Made by a program: the position numbers and the translations under genes
Notes under the pieces: model-generated
Database searches by the model: none
Told to the model about the DNA's origin: nothing
What the model saw: only the letters and a program-made list of their open reading frames with translations
NCBI GenBank assembly: GCA_002269645.1
Contig: NIVC01000059.1
Span: 1,430,002-1,494,001, forward strand
Length of the DNA: 64,000 nt
Origin: Macrostomum lignano
Lineage: Eukaryota
Direction: 5' to 3'
Shown: positions 12,179-64,000 of the stretch, in pieces
How the letters are laid out: each line of letters begins with the position of its first letter
How positions within the stretch are numbered: position 1 is the stretch's first letter

Positions 12179-13948
12179 TTATCAGCAAGGTTGCTAATTG
12201 CCCTTCTGCTAATTCCTGAGCACAAACATACACGCATGTGTAAAGACTCTCCCAGGCTGCCCTAACTTTCTAAATTTTCGTGTATTTTGTGGTGTGCTTT
12301 GTGGGTTGTTCGACCTCAGGGACCTGGATCGCATGAAAGTCGCAAGTCATTTTTTCTTGTTTTAAAAAGTCTTATTAGCCACTTTGGTCATGCACCGAGT
12401 CGAATCCAGGTTTTCGTACGGTAGATTGCATGAATATAATAGCGTTCGGAGTTTACGATGCATGCAAGCAAATTAATCTTCTTTAAATTAATAATAACTG
12501 CCTCAATAAAACCATTTCTAAAACCGAACTGTTAAGGTAGCAGCACTTTTGAGATTGTTATTCTTCATTCACAGCCATAATACACGTTATAGGTTTTGCA
12601 ACGACTTATAGGTATAGCATGTATAATGCTGCATATACATGTACGTGTATATATATATATATATATATATACACCTAAGCTACTAGCTACGTGGACTTTT
12701 TGCTCTCGTTTCGTGAAACTTTATAGTATCAATTAATTAATTGAAAACTACGAGGCTTTTGATCTGCATCTACTTCCGTTTGTGTCTGGAAGAGTGCGAG
12801 CTTATATTACACGATCAATATTAGTTACACGCCTTTCCTTTCGATGTGTAGCTACAATTGTAAATGCTAAAAAGTGTTAGAAATAAGCAGGTGTATGAAG
12901 CCAATGAATTTAATAAGTGCGACAGAAGGCGCCACTACGAGCGTAGCTACAAAAATTTAATCGATTTAACAACTTGTATTTCAATCTCGGTATCTCAATC
13001 TCTGTATCACGTATTGCCGCATTATCATCAAGATCTTAGAAAATGAACACAGATCGTTAAAATCTTTGGCAGAGTGATTACATATGTATAAATAAAATTG
13101 AAATAGTGCTTTAAAAAAATATAAATTTAGTGAGGATGTGCGTGAGTAATTTATTAAATGGTTGGCCTGGAAAAAGACTAAACGGATAGTAGCTAATGGT
13201 GCGTGTTGTTAGCCCGCCCCGTGTTAATAATGTAAATAGCTACAGTAGCTATATGGATCAATTCGAAATATGCGATTTAGGCCGGATTAAGAATGTTAAA
13301 ACTACTAGCAAAGATGAAAATATTGTTGCATCGTTATACCTTATTTTTATCCATGTTAGCCTAATTAAGCCATTATTGTTTCGCAAATACTATTGGCTAA
13401 TTGAAAATTGTTTTTTCCTGCAGTAAACTCCAAATTCTGAAAAATATCAATCAAACCAGTCTAAAATTGCTTGAACGCATCCTGTGGCAGCGATGAATTG
13501 CCTAAATTAGCCAGACCAATTTAATGCGTTTGGATTTTTAGTTAGCTAGATCAAAGATCGATTAAAAAATATATTGTAGGGAAAGAGCTACTTCACAATA
13601 GAATATTTGAAAATAATGATATGCAAGTGAAAAGTATAAATATCTCATTTAAAGAACGTCGACACTTAATGTAGCTAATATTTAACAGTGCCGTTTTTTT
13701 CAATGTGCAAAACCAAGTGAGAGTTTTTCTAATTTCTGAAAATATTTTGAGTCGAATTTTAAATATCTTATTCTGTCCGAAAAATCTTTTTTTCTAGAAA
13801 TAGTAATCGATTCTCGTCATTTGTAACTACGTATTATAATAAATATATAGCAGTTATTAGTAGCGGGCAAATTAATTCAAACAACGCTTCATGAGCTATC
13901 TAAACGATCGTATTATACACTTGGCGTATTAGCTACGTTTTTGTAGCC

Positions 13949-14017
13949 ACTTTTTCTTTTTTTACACTTGATTTTTTACACTTGATTTTTTACACTTTTT
14001 CTTTTTTTACACTTGAT
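13949..14017. repeat. Short tandem repeat of TTTTTTACACTTGA-like units
   Basis: About four imperfect copies of ttttttacactt(ga). Confidence 0.6.
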
Positions 14018-14795
14018 TCTGGATTTTCTGGTTTCTAAATAATTTAATAGCTAGCTATAATTCACATATCATGCACGTTATAGTTTAGCTGCATGAAACG
14101 TTGCATATTTTTTATTCCGGCCGGCCAAATAATAAATAATTAAGTTTTCTACGTCTACTGAATAAACATAATCATATAATCACCGTTTAAAATAATAAAT
14201 TTAGCGTAGTGCTTTTCCAGCGTAGAAAAGGTTTCAACATTCTAACGTAAAAATCAGAAACGCGCCTTTCCAATTCTGTGAGGAATTATCTTACTTGCTG
14301 ACTTGCAGACTGCTGCTTCTGTTGAAGAATGATTATATAAAAAGAGATCGTTGATGTTTGCTAAAAGTAACAAATTAAGTTTTAAATAAAAAAAACTAAA
14401 TAAAAGACTAACAGTGCTAACTAATAGTGATAGAAAGAAAAACGTTTTTGGATGGCAACAAGCCAAAAAACTCTCAAAAAAACAGATGCACTGCAGGGAT
14501 GAAAAAAAGTTAGACATACGTCTGCAAACTCAATCAGAGCCAGAAAATTCTCTTTCAACCTATGCATTTTAGTCTACGATTCTAAGTACCTTGTAAATCA
14601 AAAAAATCATGACGGATTGATGGGTCACTTCCGAGCCTTTGAAAATCCAGAGTAGCTAGCAGCGCATCAAATTCTAGTCTAGATAAAAAATTTTAAAGTG
14701 TAACGCTTAAATATTAAATTCCTCTTTCAAAGTAAAATAGTTTGTATTGCCTTTTTCTAGCTCTCACTTCACACGCAACACTTGCTGTTATTCGC

Positions 14796-53360
<38,565 letters not shown>

Positions 53361-55687
53361 GTCTTCTTGGTCAAAGTAGTAATTTAGAAGGGCATCATTT
53401 TGTACGAGCTAAGTTAGGCAAGCAAGTCTAGCAAGATGGCTCGAAGGAGGCAGTCGGGATTTATTTCTTGTTGCTAAACCCAACCCCATGCCACATCTGT
53501 TTGTTTTCCTTGACGATTCTGATGTGGTCCTTGGTTTCACGTACTCCGCAGGTTTAACCATTCTCACTGCTCCACGCGCTGGTTGGCCCTTGCGCCTGTA
53601 CTTGTCTGGCAAAACTGTAGTCATCTGTGTGTAGACAGCAGCCTAGCTTACCATCTATCTGAAGACAACACCTCATTTCTTGAGCGTCTCGGTTGCTACT
53701 ATTTTTGGGGATGAGGTAAGTAACCAAAATTTTCTTCCATAAACTCGAACTCACGGTAGCGATACACAATTATTGAATTTTATAAATCGATTTTCCATGT
53801 TGGCTATTGATTTTCCTGTTTTTCAGCCGTTTGAATCTTAATCTAATCCGTCAATAAACGCGTTTCAGTACGAGAGCTACGAGCGTACGTTCTACTGCTT
53901 CAATCAGTCATAAAATAGAGGGATGTACATACCGTTTGATAACAACACGAATAACACTGTCACAAAACTGAATGACAGATTCATGTCATCAATCATAGAA
54001 ATCAGTTTTTGTTTTAAAGTACAGTGTATTTTTACACCATATAGGTGCGTACCAGTTATGGAGTCTCAATCGCCATTGAGGCGTTATAACGAGTTTCTTT
54101 AGAATACTATAAAATATGCCTGAACCAAAATCTGTTTTAACTGATTTTAAAAAAATAAACACTTTGCCTACTATTCCCGCTTAAGAACGGCTAGCAGAGA
54201 TGGACAACCGTATGCGAGAGCTGCAGTTGAATGGAGAAGACAGTTTCGTGCTGCCTGATGGTGTAGCCTCGGATGCCAAATGCTCAATGGAGTGCCGGGC
54301 AAAAAGAAAATGCCGGCATAAATAAAAACTTTCACATACGTTCGCAGCACGGTGGTTGTGGCTTCTGAGCTTCTGAAGCAAGCCAAAACTGTACGCAGAC
54401 ACGAAACCACGCCTGCCATCCATATAGTAGTACAGCCCACTCACTACTCCCTCGCCTATCCGCGCTGCTTTGTCTAATTTTTAGCTAGTCACCTGGCCTC
54501 CCCTGTAATTCAGCGCCCGTCTTGATGACGCACGACTCTTAAAAAAATCAACGACTTTTCTTTCAAAAGAGAGAGACAGAGGGAGAGTTAGCCGGAGAGT
54601 CGTCGCAGCAACGTAGGGAGAGTGCTAAGTCTCCCCAAATTTTGCAAAGCACTTCCAAAAAGTACTTTGGCCTCATAATCTTTGGACAATTCATGGAAAA
54701 CAATAAGCGCAGGGACGTAAAATGTCTTAAAAATTCTAGAATTGAAAATTTTGGTCATTGTCTATTTGGGAACAGCATCAGAAGCTTCCCTACAGTCTCC
54801 TACTAGTCAAGAGAATAAGGAAGTTTCCGCGGCTTACAAAGTCTTACTCACAATGGCGAAGCATTCTACCAGCGTAGATAGTAGTTCAGCAGAATGTGCT
54901 AACGAGGTAAAGCAAAAAACTACCTGTCACTCAAGGAGCATGACCTGTAAGAAAGTTTTCTGGCTGCTTCAGAAAGCAGAAGATCTGCAGATGCCTATAG
55001 ATATCCATAGCTAGCGCATATGGATTTGCAGTAGTTAAAAGATAATAATCAAAATTTTTAGGTGGCAAATGGCTAAACTGATTGTTTTTTTCTCACGAGC
55101 GCCGTAGAATCAACATCTCGTAGATTAGATTAGGTTTGAACTCCACAACAGACAATTAGTTCACTTCTGGCGGGTGCCGTGAAATTTAAATTATTGAATT
55201 TCAATGAGAATTTGTATTTAGCTCGCATATTCTACTGCTTTCTAAAGCCATATACAGACTATACACTTAGTTAACTTTATAAGAGCTGCGAGCTGGTGAA
55301 TAAAACAGTAGAAAAATCTGGCCTTAGGAAACATAAGCGCAGGTTCTACTCTGATAAATAAAGAAGAGCCTTAATATTGGCATAGGTATTTCAACAGCCA
55401 AGAAGCAACAAATTCTGAAAAGGAAAGAAAAAATACAGCATATCACACTTACTTATAATCATATTAAAATAATTGACAATAAATGTCAATATATCATCTA
55501 TCTAAAAAAAAATACAAAAAGCCAGATTAGTATACAATAATAACCAACGTGACTAAAAATTAATCTCAAACTATCGGGTTCAATACTAAAGACTTGCATA
55601 TCAAGTTGAGAAAATCCAATTGTAATCCATTTTGACACTATGAGATTTTATTCCCGTTAAATATTACTTTTTACCACGCATTTATTG

Positions 55688-58600
55688 CTAATCGTGATCC
55701 AGTCCAGTTCTCGCATTCACACTCAGGTGGGCATGAGCACGGTCCCATGTGCGCAGCGCAGCATTGTGCCTATTCAGCAGGGATTCCACCGAGTTCAGCC
55801 TCATTTCCAACAGGTCAATGGATGCATCGAACGCGACTGAAATGACGACAACATTGCTTGGTAACGAAACTAACCAGTTTTAAACAGGCTCCCGGATCAA
55901 CTCACCGTCAGAATCCACATACGACTCGTGTGTCTCCTGCGCTCTATTCCGAAAGGTGTTCTTGAATCGCTGCAGGACGAACTGCACAATCTGGAAGTCG
56001 CGCGCTCCACCGACCTCGGAGTTCTTGGCCATCTCGTAGCTTTCATTCAGGACGCTGACGAAGAAGTTGACGATGACGAACGTAAGAAAGGAGACGTAGA
56101 TCGAGAAGGCTATCTTCGGTAAAAGTCCGTGGTGAGTGACCATCTGTATGTCGAACTTGCCCAGCATCGCAGTGAACAAGGTGGACATTGTGCCAGCTGG
56201 TGAGTTGAACTGCTGCTGCACTGAGCCAAGCAGCAGATTCATGAGCAGGCTGAAAGCAACGAAGATCACACAGAAGACGATGCTGAACGAGCGCATCTGG
56301 CTTAGAGAGAGGCGAAGCGTAGCAAGCAGGTGACTGAGGTTGGTGCTGAACCTGACAAGACCCAGCAGAGACAGCTGAAGCATGAAGGTGCTGGCGCCAA
56401 GGCAGTAGTAAAAGTACTGGTTCAGCAGCAGCAGAGCCCGTAGCTGAGGTCTGCCGCCGTTCACAGCAGCTTCGAGAGCGGCCCCAGTGTTGGCAGTCCG
56501 GACTCCATAGATGATTGCGGTCGCAGTCATGCACAGCGCGACGCAAACGTCCAGCCAGTTCTCGAAGCTGTTCCAGAAATCTCGAAACTTTCGCAACCGC
56601 ACAAGAAGCAGGACAAGCCGAATGAGAACGATGATGCCAGTCAGAATCTCTGAGACCAGAGCGAAGACTCCCATGGCACCGACGTACCGATAGAGACGAG
56701 TGCTCAGCAGCTGCTGGCTCACCAGAGCTCCACCAAACGGTTGCAGCTCAACAGCCAGGGTGACAGAAGTGAACAGGTTAATGTCGGAGTACAGCAGGTC
56801 CAAGTCGATGGCCACAAAGCGAGTGTGTCGATCCAGCCAGCTCTGGCTCTTCAGTTCGTCCAGCAGAGCTCGGCTTTGCTCAAGGCTGTCGGGCAGCAGG
56901 ATCGAGAAGCCACCTCCGCGGTACTCAGCCAGCCGTCCCGAGTATCCGGGACCATCAACACGGTTCATGAAGGCTTGGGCAAGAAGCTCGCCATCCGTGA
57001 GGTTGCACGGCGTCAGCTCTGTCCAGCCGGGAGAAAAGCAGCGCGTCTCGTCTTCGTCCCTATCGCTGACGAGCCCGACGCTGACCGGCTTGCGACGCCG
57101 CCGCAGCTGCCGCACGGAGACGCGGCTCAGCCGATAGCCGCAGCCGTCAGAGATGAGCTTGGATCCGGACTTCGGGAACACGGATGGCAGAAAGCTGTCG
57201 TTGAGTGCGCTGTACATTTGATCGACAGTGTTCGACACAGGCTCAATATCAGCATATTTCAAGTGGTTTAGAACGCTCTCGTGCAGCTGGAAAGTCATCG
57301 GGTCCCGATTGGTGTAGCAGATGCAGTACTGCAGGAACAGCAGCAGAATGGCAAGACAGGCGTTCACGGAGCTGCTGATGGCCTCTTTTCTCAGGGGATC
57401 CTTCTTGGCCTCGGACTGCAGCTCGTGCAAATACGCGACGCCCTCTGTGGAAGTTTGGATTCGCATAAGTCTTGAAAATGTTTTTGCCGATGACTAATGT
57501 ACGTAGAGCATCGCGATTAAATTTGTTGAATTAAAAGATCAATTAAAACATGCATACCCTTTCGAACTACTTTATTGTAGTGAGAGACTCGAACCAACGG
57601 AGTATGCTCAACATCGTAGTCCTTTCGAAAGATGACGACAAGGATGAACCCAATAACAATTACCTGCAAGTACATTAAGTAGTAATTTAGTTCTACGGTG
57701 TCCAATAACAAATGACACCGATCTAATTAATATCATACACGCTCATGAAAAATCAAACCTTCAGAGGCTGAACAAGCAGCGCTGTCTGGATGAACGACAG
57801 CACAAAGGACAGCAGCCACTGCTGCGACTTCTCCTGCCCCCACTGCATCGCGTAGAACACCAGAAACACGCCAGCGCCAACCATGCTGCCGAGAACCAAA
57901 GCCCAGCCGATGTACTGGAACCAGTACGGCAAGGTGAATCGCTTTAGGTGCGAACCGGAACTCTTCTTCACCAGCGGTGTGCTGGCGGGATTCTCTGTGT
58001 AGTTGTTCGCTCGTCCGCTCAAGTCCTCGGAGGTTCGAAACACTTGCATAGTCTGAAACATTTGATGATAGCCATTAGGTTTTTCTAAAAAACTGAATGA
58101 CTCATTAAATGTCTGACCTCATCATTAAAGTGCTCAGTAGTCAGTGCAGCATCAGTATTTTCTTCTATTGTTGAAAGAATGACGTTCTCGGGCCCATCCT
58201 TATCTGGCTCCGGCTTTCGCTCCGACTTTAGAAAGAATATTGTAACCGCTGCAGAAACGGGAATGACTACGAGGCCTCCCATGATGGAGGTGAAGAGAGT
58301 GTTGATTGACAGCTTGATGGGTCCGATGGAGATCGTGTCAGAAGCAGCCTGGCTCTCTTCACCTACGCCGTAGAACATGGCGTTGGCAATCATGGTCATG
58401 AACAGCAGGCAGAAGCACACTCCGAAGCGCTGCAGGCGGCTGAAGTTTGTGTCCGTATCGCGCTTGAAGACGGACATCCACAGGTGGTCGTCTTGAAACT
58501 TGCGCTGCAGATTGAGCTTCACAAAGCGAGGCTGGAACGCCAGAAGCTCCTTGGTCGCCAGTTTCAGAGCCACCGGCGGATCGAAGCCGACAATCGGCTC

Positions 58601-61600
58601 GGAGTTGACAAACACGTACCTGGCAATCATGAGCGAACAGTGACGGGCTTCATCGCTGTTTTTCGGATTGGTAAACATTTGACTACTCACGTGGCATTGT
58701 ACAGTTGGTCTGTGATGACTATCTTTCTCAGCGTCCACGGAAAAACTGGGCGATTGCCTTCCAGAGTAACACTAAGCTGCATGATGTCGCCCAGATGCTT
58801 TGCAGTTGTCATGGTAAAGTGATCGATGTCTCCAGATCGGAAGTTCTAACATGAACAAAGAATGTGTTAAGAATTCGTTTTTTCCACAGCACTATTTCAA
58901 CAGAATCCAACACGATTCCAATAAAATTTTGCTCACCTCGCGAACTCCATCGGAGAGGATTCTGCAGGCTTCTAGGTGGTTTCTTCCGACAATGCTCAAC
59001 AACGGAGTTCCCGTTGTGCTGCAGCCCTTGTAATTGTCGGTGTACACATCCATCAGGTAGCTGAACTGCTGCTGACAGTCGTCAACGAGCGGCAAGTGTT
59101 TGAACTGCAAAATCAAATCGAAAGTCAATCACTTCAGCGAGACAAACAGCGAAACGAAGACTCAACTCACCTTCTCCAAATCTTTCTTGTCAACGTGGCG
59201 AAGCCACACGGCTATGGGAATGAAGATGATCCACAGCGTGACGACTGTAGCAACCACAGCCGCGCTGTCAGCCAGTTTGCCCTGCCAGTTCTCGAACAGT
59301 GTCCCGAAGTCAATAAGATTTGGAAGAACATTCAGTCCGACACCGAAGCTGCCAAACAAGTTGCTGACGAATCGAGGCTTGCTGGCAACAGAGCTGGGCT
59401 CAGGCCGGCACACATCCTCAGACGGTGTGATCCAGATGCCAAGGCTTGAGTCCCACATGCTGCAGACATACAGAGATAGACCGAACTCGTAGGACAAGAC
59501 TGGGTCTGGGCACGAGGCGGCTGTCACATCTCCGCTGGCGTCTCGATCGCAATCTGCTCGACCCACGGCAATGAAGTAGCTCTCGTTTACCGCTGCCGGC
59601 AGGTAGAAAGAGCCCTGACTCACATTCAGCATGCTGTCGGTGGGTGTTGGCAGGCGTCCGAGCTGCACAGATACCTTCAAGTTCTGCTTTTGGTTTAGTG
59701 GCAAGACCGTCACCTGCAGCAGCCCACTTGTCACATTGATGCTATGATAGAACCTCAGCCAACGATATGTGGGAGTCGCATTCACCACTATTCTGGATCC
59801 TGTTGTAGCATGAAGAGAGAACTCAAAAGAATCCGTGGTGTCGATGGCTCTTCTGGTCCGACAGCCCTGCTTTCCAATCATAAGAACAGGTGAGCTGACA
59901 CTTTTTTCGTTCTGCCAGAGATAAGGACTCGGTCGAGAGAACAGAACCTTCACTGACTCGCAGCCAGCAGTGCTGGGCAAGACTACTTCTCCAAAGTTGG
60001 ATTGGAAAGTGACGTTCTCAGTCCCACTGCCGTTCAATTTGAGGCCTTGAGCTGATAGCGAGTCGTCTGATATTGAGTACGTACTTGACGAGTTTAGCAG
60101 AGTGTCAGTGACGCTATCGATGGCTGCAAGGACCGTCTCCGTTACTCGCTTTACTTTGCTCTGAGCTTCCGTATCATTGTGACTGGATCCGTTCACTGAC
60201 GCAGCAGAAGAGTTCACGGTGCTTTCTGAGGCTACCCAAATGTTTGATCCAGTCAAAACAATGTCTGAAATCGGCGAAAAGTTGAATAAACGTCAGCTGT
60301 TTTGAGTGCAAACTCAAAAAAATGTCATGCGAGTCTTACCTGGTCCGAGAAAGGTCCTCGAGTCCGCCGGGATTTTGTCGCCGATGCGGCCAAAGCTGTG
60401 ACTGATTTCTGATAGCTTCTCGGCTGCACTCTCCTGAAAAAGGAATAGCAAAAAGTAAGCAATGTTCTGATTAGAATTTGTACAATAAAAACAGCTGATT
60501 TTTGCTTACCTGAGACTCGACTGTGACCTGATTGATTCTGTCTACAGGGATCGCGTTTTTCAAAGCATAATTCACTTGCTCAAGATCTTCAGGTGTGTCC
60601 ACAGAGAAATTAGCAATTATTGAAATCATATTTGCTCTTAGCTGGAATCATGTGGCAGTGAAAAATAGTAGTTTTAATGCGGAACATACATTTCAGGGAG
60701 TCAGTTTATCTACACAAAATATTTGCGATGTCGCACCTCAGTCATTTTGTCGTGAAAAACTGCAGTCTCCTCAGATGTAGCATTTGACCCCTCGGCGTCG
60801 TCGTTCTCAGCATTCATCACGGATGCCAGGCACACGATGGTGGTGGCAGCCGCCTGCTGGTTTCCACTTCGCAAATGCTTCTTCAAGTCGTCGTTGGATC
60901 CATCGAAAATTGCGGTCAAGTTTTCAAGCAATACGCTCGCGGGGATCGGAGGTGGATAAACCTACAAATGAATCAGCAACGCTAAAAATTATTGCCAAAA
61001 TCCATTATAAGCTATTTGAGAATTTGTCACAAAATGTCACTCACAAATACGTCAAATACAAAGGCAATCTTATCACCGATGCTGTCAATAACGTTGATGT
61101 AAGCGTCAGACCTGAATCCATGCGAGCCAGAGCCAACAGGCAGTAAAACTGGCGGTGAAATGGCTGCTGGTCCATAAAACAACAGAATGGTTCGCCGAGT
61201 TCCCTTTGGTCGAATTCGATATTCGTAGGTGAGTTTATTGGAGGTGACGTTGAACTCCTGCCAGCCCCAGCATGAGATCTGATATTCGGTGATCATCGCG
61301 TAGCCAAATTTCGGCTCGATGGTGCAGTTGCCTCCACTGGCCGGCTTGTTGACAACCAAGGTTTTTCCCACTGTGACCGGACCCTCCTGTCCGATGCTGG
61401 ATGCAGACACTTGGATGAGGTACGCCACGCCCAGGGTCATTGTGTTGGCTTTTCGAATCAGAGTTTTGTTGGTGAAACCTAAGCAAGAACGGATTTAGTT
61501 TTAGGTTTAAATGTTTCCTTATTCTAAGAACGACGATTTTGTCACAATTTACCCGACTCTGCAACGAGTTCCAGATCGTCAAAATGACTGGCCGTCAGCT

Positions 61601-64000
61601 GCTTCATTGCCCAGTCATAGGAAAGGCCCGAAAACTTGGTCCCACAGTGGGCTACGCAGTCTGCCTGGTAGACCAAAGGCGTTGAAGCGCTCACTTTCTC
61701 GGCACAGTTGCTCACGCATCTAAAAAGCAAATCCAGCGCAAGCCAGCAATCAATTTTGGTTTCATTGGTAGGCACCTTGGGTGGCCTTGGGATTTCCCTG
61801 TCAGCCACCCCTTTCCGCTTGTCCTCCAGTGTGCAGCCACCCCACTCCCAGTATGTACATCTTGATGTCGGTTTAACGTCGGGAAAAATCGATCGGCCAA
61901 ATTTATATACATAGAAGTGCTGAGGCTTACTGAGGGAATTGATGAGGTCTCAAGGCTTATGGGGGAATTGCAAATATGTCAAGGCTTGGAGGGTTGCTAA
62001 GATGTTAAGGCAAATAGGATACACATTAATAATTTTCGTCCCTCGGCTGCCCCAAAGGGAGGCCCAAGATTGCTAGTCAATAAACTTTGATAAATAGTGC
62101 TGCTTAACACGATAACACGATAAGAAGTAATTTTATAGGCTTTACTCGACCAATAAAGCACTGAACTTACGAAACGCTTAAAGATGCTTGTTTTTGAGGC
62201 CTGACAAAAATGGTCCAGTTAGCATTGGCTGTACGCCCGTCCTTGGTCAAAAGTGTTCGAACAATGTAGGTGTAGTTTGGAAGTATGTGAAAAGTGTCAA
62301 GAACCGCTGTGGCTAATTCCTTCTGTTCCATGAAGATTCCAATGCCGTTGCCAAAGCAGCCGGAATATCCTTCAAGACCTTGGCTCACAGGAATGCTAAT
62401 CCGAGTTGCGACATTGTCAGGAAGTGACGGCAGCTCCGCCTCCTGCAGGCAAATCCAGCGAAACGCCATGCCCGTCAGATTCCCATCCTCAACATCCCAG
62501 TCCCGAGGCGACAGCTCCAGTCTGACAGTTTCGTTGTAGGCAGCGGAGGTCGGTGTTGACGCATTGTTGAAGCTCAGCGTCAGAGGCGTCTTCGTGATTT
62601 TGAGGTAAAACACGAACTCTGCAGACACCGGAGGCGTCACAGCAAACATGGATAGGTTGAGTACAACCTTGTACAGACCGTACCAGAGTGTGCGGTTCGG
62701 CACCTGCAGCAGAAACGAGTTACCGAGACTCAGACTGACTTCAGCTCCGGCTGCATTCAGAACTCTCCAGCGCCGATACGTGTTGCTTGTCTTCGTGCAG
62801 TTCAGCTCCGGAAGACCCTCTACGACGATCTCCTGGGACCTCATCAGCTGCAGAGGCCTCTCGGGATCCCACTGGGTCAGAATCCGACCAGCATGAGAAA
62901 AGTTCAGCTTTGGTTTGTCGCACATCCAGTCGAGTATAATTGCGAGAGTTTCGGCCGTGTCGTTGCTGACGTGGTTGAATGCTAGCAGAGAAGCCGAAAA
63001 GCCACCAAGACTTGGATAAACGTGAGAAAACGAAAACAACGTGTTGTTGTAAAAAATTTCAGTAAAATTGATACCACGAGTAGCAGAGTAGGGCTGACAC
63101 AAAAATGAAATGCCAAAGCTGATCGATGTCGAGTCTCCAAAATCTACGACAAAACAGCTGTTTGTGCCGAATCTGGTGATATTTAAGAAGAAGAAAGTCG
63201 CGTTCGATAAGAAGGCCGAACCGTTCGTTTTGAAGCTTCCGACTATGACAGCATCGAACACAATGTCTACAGAGATCGGAAGCGTTTGGAAGGAGACGAG
63301 GTTGGAGCAGTTCAGACTGAAGTTTTGCAATCCCAAAGCAGCTCTGGGAAACGAGTGAGACAAGGCAACGTCCGCACTGAACCCAATCGTGTCGGCGTAT
63401 ATATAGCTGGAGCCAAATATGTCCCAACTGAACACGCAATGCACATTACTCAGCGACAGCAGGAAATTCGACAGTCGAAAGTGCACCTCAGCAGGTGTGT
63501 ACAACACGCTAGAGTTGTACTCCAGTGTCAGACCTCGAACTCTCTCTTGTACCACCACAAGACCGAGCGGCACCGACTTGTTGCTGACGTCATTCCATAC
63601 GAACACTCGCGCGGTGAAGTTGCCGACACTTGGAAACTGCAGCTCAACAGTGCCCAGGTGTCCCAAAGCTGCTATGCGGCCGTCACCGAAGTTGATGCCC
63701 ACCCTTAGAGCAGATCCGGTAACTACCGAGACTGTGAAGTTTCCAGCTTCCGCTTTGACCAGGACCGTGGGACCAGTGAATGTTAGACCACTCACTGCCT
63801 CCTGACAACGCACTGTTACATTCCGAGCATGCAGAATGGACACCAAATTCCAGCAGGTTACTTGCACTGGCTCCGGTCCTTGAAGAGACTCCTTGAACAC
63901 GCGAGCGGGCAGCTGAGTTGACACTTCTGATATCGAGAGTTGTGTTGATATGCTTCCGAACACGAAGCTGCAAGTTGCATTTGTTGGTAGTGGCTCAGGG
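55688..64000 (-). CDS. PKD1-like: Polycystin-1-like copy B, 3' part: several PKD repeats, REJ, GAIN, PLAT, 11TM, coiled coil; the 5' end lies beyond the window
   Basis: Exons include >=64000-62171, 61719-61553, 60264-59171, 58052-57759, 57663-57558, 57444-55906 and 55836-55688, with the same intron positions as copy A. No frameshift seen. Extra PKD repeats such as INFGDG..F.SVGNFTARVFVWNDVS in 63300-64000. Confidence 0.92.

Noticed and set aside
10200-14700. Short ORFs in the AT-rich intergenic region
   Set aside because: Low complexity, with no domain motifs or coherent splice chain.
53409-53769. Small ORFs and splice-like signals upstream of copy A
   Set aside because: No recognisable protein; they could be 5' UTR exons but cannot be supported.

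Overview
Animal (invertebrate-like) genomic DNA with short GT-AG introns; no prokaryotic features, rRNA, intact tRNA or CRISPR array. Left to right: the first coding exon of a secreted protein running off the left edge, an intronless two-domain C-type lectin gene (4445-5440, -) and an intron-poor ZO-1-like MAGUK gene (6196-9913, +). Two head-to-tail polycystin-1-like (PKD1 family) receptor-channel genes follow on the minus strand, offset by about 40.9 kb. Copy A (53360-14796) was reconstructed by hand as 64 phase-consistent exons, about 5360 aa. Its roughly 4350-aa ectodomain is an internally triplicated array of F5/8-C discoidin, C-type lectin, kringle, F-type-lectin-like and FAMeT-like modules in front of PKD-REJ-GAIN-PLAT-11TM-coiled coil. 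It carries one +1 homopolymer frameshift at 19289-19293. Copy B (from beyond 64000 to 55688) shares the membrane-proximal part, with patchy near-identity, but has PKD repeats where A has lectin modules. Introns hold tRNA-derived SINEs, satellites and a nest of Crypton-like and Tc1-like DNA transposon remnants. All domain calls are by-eye motif recognition, not database searches.
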